A DNA stretch of 64,000 nucleotides, from the sequence record PV245934.1; one strand, written 5' to 3'. Positions within the stretch are counted from its first letter, which is position 1; each line of letters opens with the position of its first letter. The stretch is from Escherichia phage sutha. A model generated the notes under the pieces. That model had not been told where the DNA came from, ran no database searches, and saw only the letters and a list, made by a program, of their open reading frames with translations. Of this stretch, positions 10,349-18,944 are shown one piece after another. The translations under genes were made by a program, and so were the position numbers.

Positions 10349-10549
10349 TTAGCTAAACTGTTTGGCTCCCTTCCAGCCTTCGTACATCATTGCGGCTGAT
10401 ATTAATATTGCTCCTGCGCATTTTGAATATTTGTGATTCCAAAACCAGTTCAGAAAAACTTCGTCATCAATACCTTGGGCTATCATATTTTCAAAGAACT
10501 GACGACGAGCTTCGGCAATTCGTTGCGATAATTTAGATTCAGGATTCAT
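10349..10549 (-). CDS. hypothetical protein (66 aa)
   Basis: ORF; stop codon embedded in UUCG hairpin at 10336-10351. Confidence 0.4.
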   Translation of the reverse strand: MNPESKLSQRIAEARRQFFENMIAQGIDDEVFLNWFWNHKYSKCAGAILISAAMMYEGWKGAKQFS

Positions 10550-10765
10550 TTAAATTTTCCAGTTACCGTTTTCATCAATAAATTTAATCCAGTCATTTAC
10601 TGACCACTTGGTCGTATCGCCTTTTGGAGCAACATTTAAAGTGTATAATCCTTGTTTAAAAAGCATGCGTTTGATATTCATATTTTCCTCAGCTATAACG
10701 ATAACACTCGTTTGATTTGCGCTTAGCAACTCGTTGAGAAGTATTGTAATCAAAATCATCGTCAA
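10550..10765 (-). CDS. hypothetical protein (71 aa)
   Basis: ORF in 55.x block. Confidence 0.4.
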   Translation of the reverse strand: MTMILITILLNELLSANQTSVIVIAEENMNIKRMLFKQGLYTLNVAPKGDTTKWSVNDWIKFIDENGNWKI

Positions 10766-11028
10766 TGTAAACTGATTTTTTTCAACTTTCTTACTTCACT
10801 ACGTAATTGACGATTTAGCTCATCTTTAACTTCTGAATCAATGCCTTTCATTCTACGCCATTTATCAGAGCGAAAAATGTTTTCAACCATATCTTTATGA
10901 CTTACACCATCAGGAGCTTTACGCTTTCCGAAATAGTCATAATCACGTACTTTTAAATCTTTACGACGATACGTTTTACCCATGGAGTTTAATTTCCTTA
11001 GCAACTGAACTAAATACAGCACGATCAC
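10762..11028 (-). CDS. hypothetical basic protein (88 aa)
   Basis: ORF in 55.x block. Confidence 0.4.
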   Translation of the reverse strand: MIVLYLVQLLRKLNSMGKTYRRKDLKVRDYDYFGKRKAPDGVSHKDMVENIFRSDKWRRMKGIDSEVKDELNRQLRSEVRKLKKISLH

Positions 11029-11158
11029 AAATCATCTGTTTATGTAACTTGAGTATAAGATAATAAACTTCAAAACCGTTTACATAAGTAACACGAACAA
11101 CATTACCATTAATAAAATAATATTGTCCCTTTTTAATCTCTTTATCAACCACAACCAT
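10976..11158 (-). CDS. hypothetical protein (60 aa)
   Basis: ORF with GAGGA SD, directly downstream of early promoter at 11186-11218. Confidence 0.4.
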   Translation of the reverse strand: MVVVDKEIKKGQYYFINGNVVRVTYVNGFEVYYLILKLHKQMICDRAVFSSVAKEIKLHG

Positions 11159-11185
11159 ATCAAATCCTCAAAGGCAATTCATATG

Positions 11186-11218
11186 TTAATAATACCACAG
11201 TTTGAACTTGTTGTAAAC
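11186..11218 (-). promoter_or_regulatory. T4-type early (sigma70) promoter
   Basis: Minus strand reads GTTTAC - 18 nt - TATTAT with A/T-rich upstream tract; 26-bp upstream sequence GTAAACAACTTTGTGAAATTATTTTA is repeated at 44023. Confidence 0.55.
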
Positions 11219-11288
11219 AACTTTGTGAAATTATTTTAGGGAATGATAAGAAGGGAACGATAGCTTAGAATGGTAATATACAGAATGT

Positions 11289-11301
11289 GAGAAAGAAAGG
11301 C
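11289..11301 (-). terminator. hairpin GGCCC-AGA-GGGCC downstream of nrdH
   Basis: Stem-loop followed by U-rich tract in minus-strand RNA. Confidence 0.35.
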
Positions 11302-11315
11302 CCAGAGGGCCCGTC

Positions 11316-11639
11316 TTAGTCTTCTATGATATCTCTATCATATCCAAGTGAAATGAGAGTTTCTTTGAAGTGTTTAATGTTCTTTTGTCTAGAATCATTG
11401 ATGAAAATGACTGGATAACGAATGTTAAGAGATGTGAATCCAGCACGTTTAGCAAGAGATACAATCAGTGGACGATCATACTCAATCTTACCATTATTTG
11501 TAAGAACTTTATAGAAAGTAAAAGGAGCATTGAGCTCCTTTAGAAGTTTTGTAACTGATTGACATCCAGGACAACGACCTACTTCATCTGGAATTCCATA
11601 GACTTCAATCTTATTCTTTGAGTTCGAGTTTTGTTCCAC
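11316..11639 (-). CDS. nrdH: glutaredoxin/NrdH-like redoxin
   Basis: CPGC redox motif in thioredoxin-fold context (KIEVYGIPDEVGRCPGCQS); track ORF extends to 11768 but I place start at GTG 11639 preceded by AAGGAA SD; upstream ORF 11611-11922 overlaps otherwise. Confidence 0.55.
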   Translation of the reverse strand: MEQNSNSKNKIEVYGIPDEVGRCPGCQSVTKLLKELNAPFTFYKVLTNNGKIEYDRPLIVSLAKRAGFTSLNIRYPVIFINDSRQKNIKHFKETLISLGYDRDIIED

Positions 11640-11922
11640 GAGAAATAATTCCTTGATAAGCCCAGTATGGCGGGTTAACAGAATCATCGCCAGAATTTTC
11701 TTCAGGAAAATAAACCTGGATAACAAATCCAGATGCATCAAAGGTAAAATAAACCGTAGGTAATTCACCTAACAATTCAGCACGGTTATTAATTTCTTCA
11801 AGTTCTCGTTCTCGTCCAGCCCAAAAACTAGGATTTAGACTACATTCATAGAAATAATAGTCATTACCGAACATATCAAAACCCTTCCAACTCTCTACCA
11901 CATATCGCTCAAAACTAATCAT
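11611..11922 (-). CDS. hypothetical protein (103 aa)
   Basis: Minus-strand ORF. Confidence 0.45.
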   Translation of the reverse strand: MISFERYVVESWKGFDMFGNDYYFYECSLNPSFWAGRERELEEINNRAELLGELPTVYFTFDASGFVIQVYFPEENSGDDSVNPPYWAYQGIISRGTKLELKE

Positions 11923-11924
11923 AA

Positions 11925-12140
11925 TTAGGCCTTTTTATCAAGAACAGCATTTAGTTTGTTAGTAATTTTATCCAGACGCTCATTGAACTCGCTAGAAGAT
12001 AAGCCTTTTTCTGGAGAAATTAAGCTAATCACGAAAAATATAGCAATAAAAGGAATAAGGAAAATAGCTCCAACTGCCATAAACAGAAAGAATGTTACAG
12101 TTGTAAGAAAATCAGCTAAACCTTTACGAAATTTATACAT
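11925..12140 (-). CDS. small membrane protein (71 aa, one TM helix)
   Basis: Hydrophobic stretch FLFMAVGAIFLIPFIAIFFVISLI. Confidence 0.45.
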   Translation of the reverse strand: MYKFRKGLADFLTTVTFFLFMAVGAIFLIPFIAIFFVISLISPEKGLSSSEFNERLDKITNKLNAVLDKKA

Positions 12141-12149
12141 ATTTTACCC

Positions 12150-12374
12150 TTAATTGATTAACCAAGCATTGATAAGCACTAAACTATACTGTGAATAAAA
12201 TTCTGGACCAAAATGAAAAATCATATCATTTATAGTATCCATAATGTAATTCAATTTAATCATGTTTCCACACCCCATCGGTATTTGACCAAAGTCGCTG
12301 ATTATCTGATCCTCGCCACAGCTTTTTGGTCGGAAGATTTTTCTCATACTTCCCATCAATAATAACATCAACAT
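12150..12374 (-). CDS. possible small ORF (true start probably internal, around 12242-12263)
   Basis: Track ORF overlaps nrdG 3' end by 119 nt; only the distal 30-37 codons are likely real if anything. Confidence 0.2.
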   Translation of the reverse strand: MLMLLLMGSMRKIFRPKSCGEDQIISDFGQIPMGCGNMIKLNYIMDTINDMIFHFGPEFYSQYSLVLINAWLIN

Positions 12375-12726
12375 ATTTAAGCATTTCTAGTTGTTTAATA
12401 TCTTCAAACTTATATCCTGTCCACAACCAAATGCTTTTATTGGGATAAAGATTTTTTACTGTTTGAACAATGCAATGAATAACATCTCGGTTATCAGGAT
12501 AGAGAGGGTCTCCTCCAGTTATAGTTAATCCTTCTATATAATCATTATTCAAACATTCAATTAATTGTTCTAGTGTTTCACCAGTGAATGGAACGCCATT
12601 TCTAGCATTCCATGTTGATTTATTATAACACCCTTCACATTTATGCAAACAACCTGTAACGAAAAGAACGACCCTGCATCCAGGACCATTAACAAAGCAG
12701 CAAGGGTATATTCTGTCATAATTCAT
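12256..12726 (-). CDS. nrdG: anaerobic ribonucleotide reductase activating protein NrdG (radical SAM)
   Basis: Cys cluster CxxxCxxC (GCLHKCEGC); start placed at Met-8 (MNYDRIY...), which abuts stop of upstream ORF and gives 156 aa as recalled for T4 NrdG. Confidence 0.9.
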   Translation of the reverse strand: MNYDRIYPCCFVNGPGCRVVLFVTGCLHKCEGCYNKSTWNARNGVPFTGETLEQLIECLNNDYIEGLTITGGDPLYPDNRDVIHCIVQTVKNLYPNKSIWLWTGYKFEDIKQLEMLKYVDVIIDGKYEKNLPTKKLWRGSDNQRLWSNTDGVWKHD

Positions 12727-13457
12727 AATAATATCCAATTTTTCCAAGCTTCATCAGTAGAATTACAGCGTTTTAGTATAAGATGTCTAGAAACTTTTAT
12801 GGCATTTGAGCACTTTTTAATTGAATCATATTTAATACCGTCAACTGAAACGGTTTTGCTAGTTGGAGAAATTTTTCCATACATTGGATTTTTTGAACCA
12901 ACTTGAAGTCCTTTTAAAGCTTTTGAAAGCTTTTGTCTAGATTCCAATGACATGGGAGAATTCTTTTTACCTTCAATAATTCGCTTGCGATGAAGTTCGC
13001 GTTCTTCTTCACTCAAAGAATTGTAATATTTTTTAACACCGTTTGATATAGATAATTTATCTTTCTCAGACCGCTCTCCAGCTAATTTACTTCTAACATC
13101 TTTTCGCTTCATAGCTATGCTTACGGCTTTATTTAAATTTGCTTGATGCTCTGGCGTACGTTTATATTTCTTTAAAGCACGTGAAATAGCTATTTTAGTT
13201 TCTTCTGTTCTCTTTTTACCTTTATTTGCTAAACTATTTTTGCGGCGATGTTCAAGTGTCTGTTCATAGGCAGTTCCACCTTTTCCACCAGGTTTAATAT
13301 TATATGTATTTTCTTTTAGACAATACTCTTCGGTTACAAGTTCAGCTTCTTTATCATACATTTGTTTTTCATTATCAAAAACATGTAAAATTTCTTTATT
13401 AAAATTTTTTCTACCATGTTTTAATAAAGCGGCACGAATCAATGTTCCTGACCCCAT
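12723..13457 (-). CDS. GIY-YIG homing-endonuclease-like protein, distal portion (linker repeats plus C-terminal DNA-binding domain)
   Basis: 244 aa; GSGTLIRAALLKHGRKNF...EIL resembles second half of I-TevI catalytic domain; Lys/Gly-rich repeat linker; C-terminus VDGIKYDSIKKCSNAIKVSRHLILKRC...WKNW resembles I-TevI HTH tail. Confidence 0.65.
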   Translation of the reverse strand: MGSGTLIRAALLKHGRKNFNKEILHVFDNEKQMYDKEAELVTEEYCLKENTYNIKPGGKGGTAYEQTLEHRRKNSLANKGKKRTEETKIAISRALKKYKRTPEHQANLNKAVSIAMKRKDVRSKLAGERSEKDKLSISNGVKKYYNSLSEEERELHRKRIIEGKKNSPMSLESRQKLSKALKGLQVGSKNPMYGKISPTSKTVSVDGIKYDSIKKCSNAIKVSRHLILKRCNSTDEAWKNWILL

Positions 13458-13464
13458 ATAACCG

Positions 13465-13557
13465 TCATTTATTTATGTTATCGGTGCTATGCGCACCGAT
13501 ATATTCCTTTGAATTAATTATATTTGTTATTTTATAAATTATATAATACCTATGCAT
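13465..13557 (-). pseudogene. N-terminal GIY-YIG motif fragment in a different frame from the downstream ORF (frameshifted or split homing endonuclease gene)
   Basis: Short ORF MHRYYIIYKITNIINSKEYIGAHSTDNINK ending in TGA; ATG overlaps nrdD stop (CATGCATAG); main ORF starts 8 nt later in +1 frame. Confidence 0.5.
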
Positions 13558-15367
13558 GTTTTACTCGTTTTACCATTTCTTTCATTTTACCTAAATTCCA
13601 TGGAACAACGCTAGGAGTTCCAAGATATCCGCATGTTCTTCTTATTGTATTCATCTTTTTAGGATCAGTTTCTCCACAAATAGAACAAACAAATCCGTTT
13701 TCAGTAGGAGTCATTTCATGGGTACTTCCACACGTAAAACATTTATCTACTGGCATATTAACACCAAAATAATCTAAATGTTGTGCAGCATAATCCCATA
13801 CAGCCTCAAGACCTTTTAGGTTATTTTTCATATCAGGAAGTTCAACATAAGAAATGTGACCACCTGTCGCAATGAAATGATACGGTGCTTCGCGAGAAAT
13901 CTTTTCAAACGGAGTAATATTTTCTTCTACTGAAACGTGGAAACTATTAGTGTACCAGCCTTTATCGGTAACATCTTTTACACTTCCATATTTTTCGGTA
14001 TCAAGTTTACAGAAGCGATAACACAGGTTTTCAGCAGGAGTAGAATACAAGCTAAAAGCAAATCCGGTTCTTTCAGTCCACTGTTTAAGACGAGCATTCA
14101 TTTTAGTCAAAATTTCTTGCCCAATATCACGACCGACAAGAATATTCAATTCGTGAATACCGATGTATCCCAGGGATACTGAACTTCTACCGTTTTTAAA
14201 TAACTCAATTATATCATCATCGGGTTTAAGACGAACCCCGAATGCACCTTCTTGGTAAAGAATAGGAGCAACAGTAGCTTTAACTCCTTTTAATGAACTA
14301 ATTCTACACATCAATGCTTCAAAACATAAATCCATTCGCTCATTGAACAATTCGGCAAATTTCTGTTCATTGAATTGTGTTCCAATATAAGAATCTAACG
14401 CAATGCGAGGAAGATTCAGTGTTACAACGCCAAGATTATTACGTCCATCAAGAATTTCATTACCAGTCGAATCTTTCCATACGCTCAAGAAACTACGGCA
14501 ACCCATTGGAGAAACAGGAATAGATGAACCTGTGATAGCTTTATTGTTCTTAGCCGAAATGATGTCAGGATACATTCTTTTGCTTGCGCATTCTAAAGCA
14601 AGCTGCTTAATATCATAGTTCGGATCGTCTTTATAAAGATTAACACCTTCTTCAACAAACATAACAAGTTTAGGGAAAATAGGAGTTATCCCATCACGAC
14701 CAAGGCCTTTAATACGATTTTTCAGAATTGCTTTCTGAATCATTCGTTCAGTCCAGTCAGTTCCCGTACCAAATGTAATTGTTACAAAAGGCGTTTGTCC
14801 GTTTGAACTAAAGAGAGTATTTACTTCATATTCATAAGCTTGGAATGCATCGTATACATCTTTTTCTGTTTTAGATTGGGCATAATTCAACGCATCAGCG
14901 ATTTGCCATTTTTCTGCGTCCTCAATATGTTTTGCATAGGTGCGTTTAACATAAGGAGAAAGGACTTTATCTACATTCGCAAAAGTCGTTCCACCGTATT
15001 GATGGGAAGCAACCTGTGCAGTAATTTGTGCCATAATTGCAGTAGCAACACCGATTGATTTAGGAGTTTCAATCTGTGCATTACCGAGCTTAAATCCGTT
15101 CTCAAGCATTCCTTTTAAATCTACTAAACAGCAATTAGTAAATGGAAGAGCAGGGGAATAATCAATATCATGGAAATGAATAATTCCGCTTTCATGCGCT
15201 TTCATAATAAAAGACGGGACCATATTTTTGGCAATGTGTTTAGACACAATACCAGCCATAAGGTCCCGTTGAGTTGGAAAAACACGAGAATCTTTATTAG
15301 CATTCTCGTTTAAAAGGTCTTTATTAGTTTTATGAATCAATCCTTCAATTTCTTTTTCAATTGTCAT
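13550..15367 (-). CDS. nrdD: anaerobic ribonucleoside-triphosphate reductase NrdD (uninterrupted)
   Basis: 605 aa continuous ORF; C-terminal glycyl-radical motif RRTCGYLG and Zn-ribbon CxxC...CxxC; no intron. Confidence 0.95.
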   Translation of the reverse strand: MTIEKEIEGLIHKTNKDLLNENANKDSRVFPTQRDLMAGIVSKHIAKNMVPSFIMKAHESGIIHFHDIDYSPALPFTNCCLVDLKGMLENGFKLGNAQIETPKSIGVATAIMAQITAQVASHQYGGTTFANVDKVLSPYVKRTYAKHIEDAEKWQIADALNYAQSKTEKDVYDAFQAYEYEVNTLFSSNGQTPFVTITFGTGTDWTERMIQKAILKNRIKGLGRDGITPIFPKLVMFVEEGVNLYKDDPNYDIKQLALECASKRMYPDIISAKNNKAITGSSIPVSPMGCRSFLSVWKDSTGNEILDGRNNLGVVTLNLPRIALDSYIGTQFNEQKFAELFNERMDLCFEALMCRISSLKGVKATVAPILYQEGAFGVRLKPDDDIIELFKNGRSSVSLGYIGIHELNILVGRDIGQEILTKMNARLKQWTERTGFAFSLYSTPAENLCYRFCKLDTEKYGSVKDVTDKGWYTNSFHVSVEENITPFEKISREAPYHFIATGGHISYVELPDMKNNLKGLEAVWDYAAQHLDYFGVNMPVDKCFTCGSTHEMTPTENGFVCSICGETDPKKMNTIRRTCGYLGTPSVVPWNLGKMKEMVKRVKHA

Positions 15368-15837
15368 TTTAAACTCTTTCTAAGCTGCTTCTTAAATGAA
15401 GTTATTAATTGTGTTTTGGTGTCAGATTCATTATATTCAAATCCTCTTTGAAGCATCTCAGCCATCATTTCCTCTTTTCCTAAACGAGAAAATTCCTTTG
15501 ATTTATCTCCAACAAAGTTAGGGTGAATATTATTTTGGGTGTAATCGGATTTTAAATAAGTAAGTAAATTTTCTAACCATTCAAGATAATCAACACCTTG
15601 CCCCTTTAAGCCAGAACGATTAAATTTATGTTTCATTTGACCTTCTGCAGCATTGCAGAGATTACATAGCAACCCACGTACCTTTCCTGCTTTTGGTCCA
15701 TTTAATTCATGGTCATGGTCAAGGTGATTAGCTTGAACATCAGGATTTAGTTCTCGTTGGCAAATTAAGCATTTACCGCTTTGTGCATCATAAAATTTCT
15801 GTTTTTCTTCTTTGTATAATTTGCCAGTCAATAACAT
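15364..15837 (-). CDS. 49: endonuclease VII (Holliday junction resolvase) gp49
   Basis: 157 aa; HNH-like motif with CxxC...HLDHDH...CNLCN; position upstream of nrdD as in T4. Confidence 0.9.
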   Translation of the reverse strand: MLLTGKLYKEEKQKFYDAQSGKCLICQRELNPDVQANHLDHDHELNGPKAGKVRGLLCNLCNAAEGQMKHKFNRSGLKGQGVDYLEWLENLLTYLKSDYTQNNIHPNFVGDKSKEFSRLGKEEMMAEMLQRGFEYNESDTKTQLITSFKKQLRKSLK

Positions 15838-15885
15838 AATAAACCCTTACCTTAAATAGATAAGGGTATTTATTATTTTCAAGTA

Positions 15886-16350
15886 TTAAAATGCTCGTTC
15901 AGAAAAAGAAATTTGAGTTTCAAGCCATTCAATATATTCTGCTGCAGCTTGCATCAAATTTCCTTCATAGCCATCGTTATTTTCTTGTGCAGCTAATTTA
16001 GCTAATGCATATGAAATACGTTCACCCTGAAAAGCGGCTTTAGGTTTATGAATAGCTTGATCAACTCGTTCTACAACTTCTTCAATTTCGCCATTTTCTA
16101 CTGATTCAGTATTCCACAAGCACCAATACGTAATTGGCTTATCATAGATGTTAATAATCTTTCCATCAGAAAGTTCAATTTCAATAATTCCAGTATCAGG
16201 TTCTATATCATCTTCACATTCTTTTGCAAGTTCACGAACTTTAAAGACAGTACCTGCACTAAGTTCCGGCCAGTAATTACACAGCCCTTTATCAGCACGA
16301 TTAATTCTAAACCACTTATCTACTGTAATCATGTCCCATCTCCATATCAA
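15886..16350 (-). CDS. hypothetical protein (154 aa; occupies position of T4 pin)
   Basis: Synteny only; sequence identity to Pin not verified. Confidence 0.4.
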   Translation of the reverse strand: MIWRWDMITVDKWFRINRADKGLCNYWPELSAGTVFKVRELAKECEDDIEPDTGIIEIELSDGKIINIYDKPITYWCLWNTESVENGEIEEVVERVDQAIHKPKAAFQGERISYALAKLAAQENNDGYEGNLMQAAAEYIEWLETQISFSERAF

Positions 16351-16455
16351 TTATGTCATTTATTGTAGGTTCATTATATACTGTTTCTTCATCAGTGTAA
16401 ACCGGTTCTTCCGGTTCTGGCTCTACTGTTTCCCATCTAGCCGCCCACCAAGGTT

Positions 16456-16776
16456 TTATAGCGTAATCCATTCTCGTATTGTCTGAGTTACTACACGTTC
16501 ACGGGGCTCGACTAGTTCAACAGTCGGAACTGCATAATACCAGTCAGAATGGTAAGAACCTGAGCGAGATTCATTTACAGACACATGAACGTTATGTTTT
16601 GGACTAAAATAAACGCACTGCCGATACTGGCATTTGCCATCTTGTACCCAATCTTCTATTTCGACAGGTTTAAGATAATCCGAAAAATCGAAATCATAAT
16701 TTTCTGAAAATGCATCATGGTCTTCGATGATTTCACTCAGAACTGCATCAACATCTAATTTATTTTCAATATTCAT
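16456..16776 (-). CDS. hypothetical protein (106 aa)
   Basis: ORF in 49.x block. Confidence 0.4.
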   Translation of the reverse strand: MNIENKLDVDAVLSEIIEDHDAFSENYDFDFSDYLKPVEIEDWVQDGKCQYRQCVYFSPKHNVHVSVNESRSGSYHSDWYYAVPTVELVEPRERVVTQTIREWITL

Positions 16777-16786
16777 TTTTCACCAA

Positions 16787-16996
16787 TTAATTTCGCAATT
16801 TATTAAGTTCTTCATAATCAATCCAGGATTCTAGTCCTGATGGCAAATCAGATTCAATTTCCCAAAGAAGTTCTTCAATTTTCTGAAGACGATCTAATTC
16901 TTCAGCAGGAATAGTAACCATTGACGGAGTTCTTGATACACTAATATCGTAAATCATATTTATCCCAGTTTGACCATACAATCGCCGTATTTCCAT
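16787..16996 (-). CDS. hypothetical protein (69 aa)
   Basis: ORF in 49.x block. Confidence 0.4.
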   Translation of the reverse strand: MEIRRLYGQTGINMIYDISVSRTPSMVTIPAEELDRLQKIEELLWEIESDLPSGLESWIDYEELNKLRN

Positions 16997-17175
16997 TTAG
17001 AAATAGACTTTTCACCATTAGAATAGTAAACTTCGAGTTTAGCACGATTATTTTTAATTTGAATAACCTTTGCTGTCATCAAAGTTCCATACCCGTAATA
17101 AACTGCAACCTCATCACCTACATATACCGCGCTTCCGCGGTAGTCATGGATATAATCAGTTCCTTCGAGCATCAT
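16960..17175 (-). CDS. hypothetical protein (71 aa)
   Basis: ORF upstream-coupled to nrdC. Confidence 0.4.
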   Translation of the reverse strand: MMLEGTDYIHDYRGSAVYVGDEVAVYYGYGTLMTAKVIQIKNNRAKLEVYYSNGEKSISKWKYGDCMVKLG

Positions 17176-17435
17176 TTAAAGTATTCCCGCAATTGGTCAA
17201 ATCCACCAATATGACTTCCATCAGGAGCAAATACTTGTGGCATTGTCAACCCAATTTGAGTATCACGACCTAGTTTCGCCAGAAGCTCAGCGATTTTCTC
17301 ATCATCAAAAACACCTTTTTCCGGCATAATGTTGATAAATTCAAACGGCTGTTTCTTCACAGTCAAGAGACGTTTTGCATTATCGCAATATACGCATTTG
17401 TGGATGTTGCTATCATAACCATATACTTTAAACAT
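17172..17435 (-). CDS. nrdC: thioredoxin/glutaredoxin NrdC
   Basis: 87 aa, MFKVYGYDSNIHKCVYCDNAKRLL... matches recalled T4 NrdC nearly exactly; CVYC active site. Confidence 0.95.
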   Translation of the reverse strand: MFKVYGYDSNIHKCVYCDNAKRLLTVKKQPFEFINIMPEKGVFDDEKIAELLAKLGRDTQIGLTMPQVFAPDGSHIGGFDQLREYFK

Positions 17436-17436
17436 A

Positions 17437-17679
17437 TTATTCCTTAATTCCTAGTACTTGTTTAAAAGTCTCGTCGTAATCAAGACTTTGACCTGTTTGT
17501 TCTTTATGTTTGTATATAATATCACTTACTTCTGATAGCATATTTTTATATGAACGAGTTAAAGCAGATTTAAGTACGCTGTATCTATCAGGAAATTTAC
17601 CGTGTTCATTATAATACGCTATTGCTAATTCACGGACTGCCTTTTCAGCAATCTCCATATATTCTTTACGCTTTGTCAT
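17437..17679 (-). CDS. hypothetical protein (80 aa)
   Basis: ORF in nrdC.x block. Confidence 0.45.
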   Translation of the reverse strand: MTKRKEYMEIAEKAVRELAIAYYNEHGKFPDRYSVLKSALTRSYKNMLSEVSDIIYKHKEQTGQSLDYDETFKQVLGIKE

Positions 17680-17984
17680 TTTTTTTCTCGGTTAAATCGG
17701 TGTTTGCAATGACGGCATTTATAACGAAGATTACTAGTCTGCCAATGAACTAATTGAACCTGTTCAGTACCGCATTCAGGACAATTAGGAACGTTTTTAG
17801 AAGCCCTTTCGCGGCGTTCAACCATAGCCATAATGGCATCCCAAGCAGGAGGTTTAAAGTCTAGATCGTCACAACCATGAATCTTTCCACGCATTTCTAA
17901 ATCGTCTTCTTCACCAGCCATAATAATTTTAATTAGACTGGAATTACTTGAAGCTGCAATATCTTCTAATAGACGCTTTTTCAT
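17676..17984 (-). CDS. zinc-ribbon protein (102 aa)
   Basis: CPECG...CRHCKH four-Cys motif. Confidence 0.45.
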   Translation of the reverse strand: MKKRLLEDIAASSNSSLIKIIMAGEEDDLEMRGKIHGCDDLDFKPPAWDAIMAMVERRERASKNVPNCPECGTEQVQLVHWQTSNLRYKCRHCKHRFNREKK

Positions 17985-18892
17985 TTCAATACCTCAATAG
18001 CATTACGTAAACCATTTGCTTTTGCATTAAGAGCTTTTAACAATTTAGTGTGTTCGGCAATCTGAGCTTCAACTTCAACTAGTCGAGATTTGAGGTATTC
18101 ACGTTCTTCACTCAGATTATCAACCTTTTCTGCTTTAGGTTCTTTTACAACTTGCTTATATGTATTAGGGTTCTTCAGTTTAATTAGAATGCGTGAACTG
18201 TATAACATTGAACCATTATCTTCGGTTTCATCATACATTTCCACCATCGTGCAGAGTTTATAAGACAACGAACGAATAGTTTTGTTATGCTTATTAATTT
18301 CTCTAGCTGTCATGGTGCCGAGATTACGTGAGTAATAATAAGGAACCTGGATATTAATTAATACTGATGAACCACCTGGCTTGTGTGTTACTTCATCAGC
18401 AATAACCCAATCCTTAACATGAACTGTATTTGTACGGTCATCGCCTGCGGTAAATAGTTTGCGAGCATGCTTAAAAAGCATATTCACTTGGTCATTGAAT
18501 TGACAAGCAAATTTATCAGCAAATTTAGTTTCAGGAATGGTAGATAACCAATCAGCCAAATGGGTCTTTTTAACATCGTTAACAATAGTAAATTCAACCA
18601 AATCAGTTATAGATGTCTCAGATTTAATAAAGCTCGGCTTCATAAAGTTTTTAATGTTATCACGAGCTATCACAGAAGATAGTAATCGGGAACGTTTGAA
18701 CCACTCTAGCAAAGAACCAAGAGAATGTGAATACGCGTTTTGTGTATCTTTACAAATATGGTTTTCCCATCCAATATAGTCTAAAAAATCACGAAGAATA
18801 TTATTGATTACTGCTCTGTGTCCTATCTGATAATTACGATGTTTAGTAATAAGACTATCAAAATAATCAATATAATGTTTACGAGTTTTCAT
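17981..18892 (-). CDS. hypothetical protein with C-terminal coiled coil (tandem family member 1)
   Basis: 303 aa; N-terminus MKTRKHY...; last about 45 aa heptad-rich ([42 protein letters not shown]). Confidence 0.5.
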   Translation of the reverse strand: MKTRKHYIDYFDSLITKHRNYQIGHRAVINNILRDFLDYIGWENHICKDTQNAYSHSLGSLLEWFKRSRLLSSVIARDNIKNFMKPSFIKSETSITDLVEFTIVNDVKKTHLADWLSTIPETKFADKFACQFNDQVNMLFKHARKLFTAGDDRTNTVHVKDWVIADEVTHKPGGSSVLINIQVPYYYSRNLGTMTAREINKHNKTIRSLSYKLCTMVEMYDETEDNGSMLYSSRILIKLKNPNTYKQVVKEPKAEKVDNLSEEREYLKSRLVEVEAQIAEHTKLLKALNAKANGLRNAIEVLK

Positions 18893-18944
18893 GTTCTTCT
18901 CACTTGGTTAATGATTTATGCTCCGAACCATCCTTGGCTTTAAA

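Noticed and set aside
13550-15367. Possible group I intron in nrdD (T4 carries one with I-TevII)
   Set aside because: nrdD is a single uninterrupted 605-aa ORF here; no intron-sized insertion
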